A stretch of 64,000 nt of DNA. Origin: Heterodontus francisci (taxonomy: Eukaryota). The notes under the pieces were generated by a model that was not told the origin of the DNA, did no database searches, and saw only the letters and a list, made by a program, of their open reading frames with translations. Shown here piece after piece: positions 62,531 through 64,000 of this stretch (position 1 is the first letter of the stretch; each line of letters opens with the position of its first letter). Position numbers and translations under genes: made by a program. The stretch covers positions 50,128,430 through 50,192,429 of the forward strand of contig NC_090399.1 of NCBI RefSeq assembly GCF_036365525.1, read 5' to 3'.

Positions 62531-64000
62531 GATTTAGTGAGCTCGTTGCAGGTCCCAGCATCGTCCCCGCTAATCACGTGTGCGGTTGCTCCATCAGAAT
62601 CACGTGGCATATGGTCAATTATCATCATGGAGGTGCGGGGCCTGGTGAATCATGAGGCTGGGCAGGGATGCGAGAGGCCGAATGCAGCGTCGGATCGTTC
62701 TGGAGCCATATGGAAAGGCCTGCCTGTCCTGAATTCACTCCTGCCTGGTTTAGCAGTCTGGCTTCCTGAGTGCTCACTGCTGTACCAGGACACCTCCCGC
62801 TGCCCCAGGACTCCTCATCCTGACAGAGGCTACATCTCGGCCACAGGCCACTCTCTTTCACAGCTCATCTCCATTAAGTCCACTGAGAGCTGACGGAAGG
62901 CTGAGCTATATGGGACAGCCCAGTAGGGGACGAAGGGCTGCCACTAGCAGAACTGTCATGTTGATCTCTCTGAAGTATGACTATCGCTCTCTTTCCACTT
63001 GCAGAACAGATGGCCCACAATAGCAGAGAGACATCATGGACTGGTGGAGGAATCCCCGACATTGGACCACTCTCCACAGCTGAGGTGGAGGCACTTGAAC
63101 CAGCAGGGACCCAGGGTGACCACTCAATAGAGGATGGTCAGATAGAGTCACTGGAGTGTCTTCCAACTACATACAGATCACCTCTGGAGACCCACATCTC
63201 ACATGATTGGCATGACCAGATCTGCACAGCTTTAACCCACAGATGTTTGTGTTCTCTCATGCAGGTCGATGTGTGCAGGAGGCTTCAGAAGCAGGGGGAC
63301 AGTGTCTACCTCTGAGGATGAGCAGCATTCTGAGGATGCACTGTCCCAGGACGCTCTGCACTTTCCACCAATGCAGATACATTCACCTCGGTGGGAATCC
63401 GCTCAGCTTTACAATCAGGGTCAGAAGCTGGTGAGAGCACCACACACATGCGCCTGAGCAACTGGGTGAGGCTGAGACAGCCAAGGCCTCTGACAGTCGG
63501 AGGTCTGTGGGTGTCCAGGGCCAATCTGAGCCCCAGGCTGATGATGAGCCTCTGGTGTTGACAACACAGGGCATGCTGGAGTTGCAGAGAGAGGTGAGGC
63601 AACATCCAGTGGAGATGCCAGAGGCAAAGAGCAGCCATGAGTGGACGATTGAGGTGTCCATCAGGCCTTGACTGCTGCCTTGTTTCTGGCATATGAGCGC
63701 ATGTCTTCCTCCATCGAGAGGTTGCTGACCCTCATGGAGAGCCACATTCCACAGATGCGTACAGAACCTGCACACCATCGTCTTGGCCATGAACTCGACA
63801 CAGCAGTGGCAAGGTGAGAGAAGGAGCAGGCACCTGGAGACTTCTCCAGATCCTCGTCCTTCTCTGGTTAGCAGGGAGGTTCCAGTAAGCCTTGGGGGAG
63901 CCTGACCAGCAGTCTACCTCTAGTCCAGCTGCTCGTGCGGAGGTCACACTGTGTAGAAGCACTCGTAAATGTACAATGAAAACCACACTTGGGGATTCAC
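62531..64000 (+). mobile_element. Harbinger-derived Myb/SANT partner gene remnant
   Basis: ttgcag|EQMAHNSRETSWTGGGIPDIGPLSTAEVEALE (~63005) is the typical post-SANT exon. The insertion starts where homology to gene A's intron ends. Confidence 0.6.

Overview
Eukaryotic, repeat-dense genomic DNA, almost certainly from a shark or other cartilaginous fish (HE1-type V-SINEs, Deu-domain SINEs and a shark-type MHC class I sequence). The host content is two tandem minus-strand MHC class I heavy-chain genes. Gene A shows a promoter and leader, alpha1, alpha2 and alpha3 exons (19527 to 4442); its TM/cytoplasmic exons fall off the left edge. Gene B shows only TM, two cytoplasmic exons and a 3' terminal exon (61902 to ~59194); its ectodomain exons fall off the right edge. 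Gene A is an intact but highly divergent non-classical class I: 7 of 9 peptide-anchoring residues are replaced and both alpha2 disulfide cysteines are lost, yet it keeps an ISRE-S-X-Y-CCAAT promoter module. Its alpha1-alpha2 intron is ~85% minisatellite. The ~39 kb between the genes is nested transposons: three Tx1 LINEs inserted serially at one site, and a Harbinger element whose Myb-gene intron holds a Copia (GalEa-like) LTR element, which itself holds a hAT element, RTE LINEs, a solo LTR and a MITE. CR1/L2 LINEs, a Penelope element with a hammerhead-ribozyme motif, and SINEs are also present. All alignments were done by eye; family and lineage names come from recalled motifs, not database searches.
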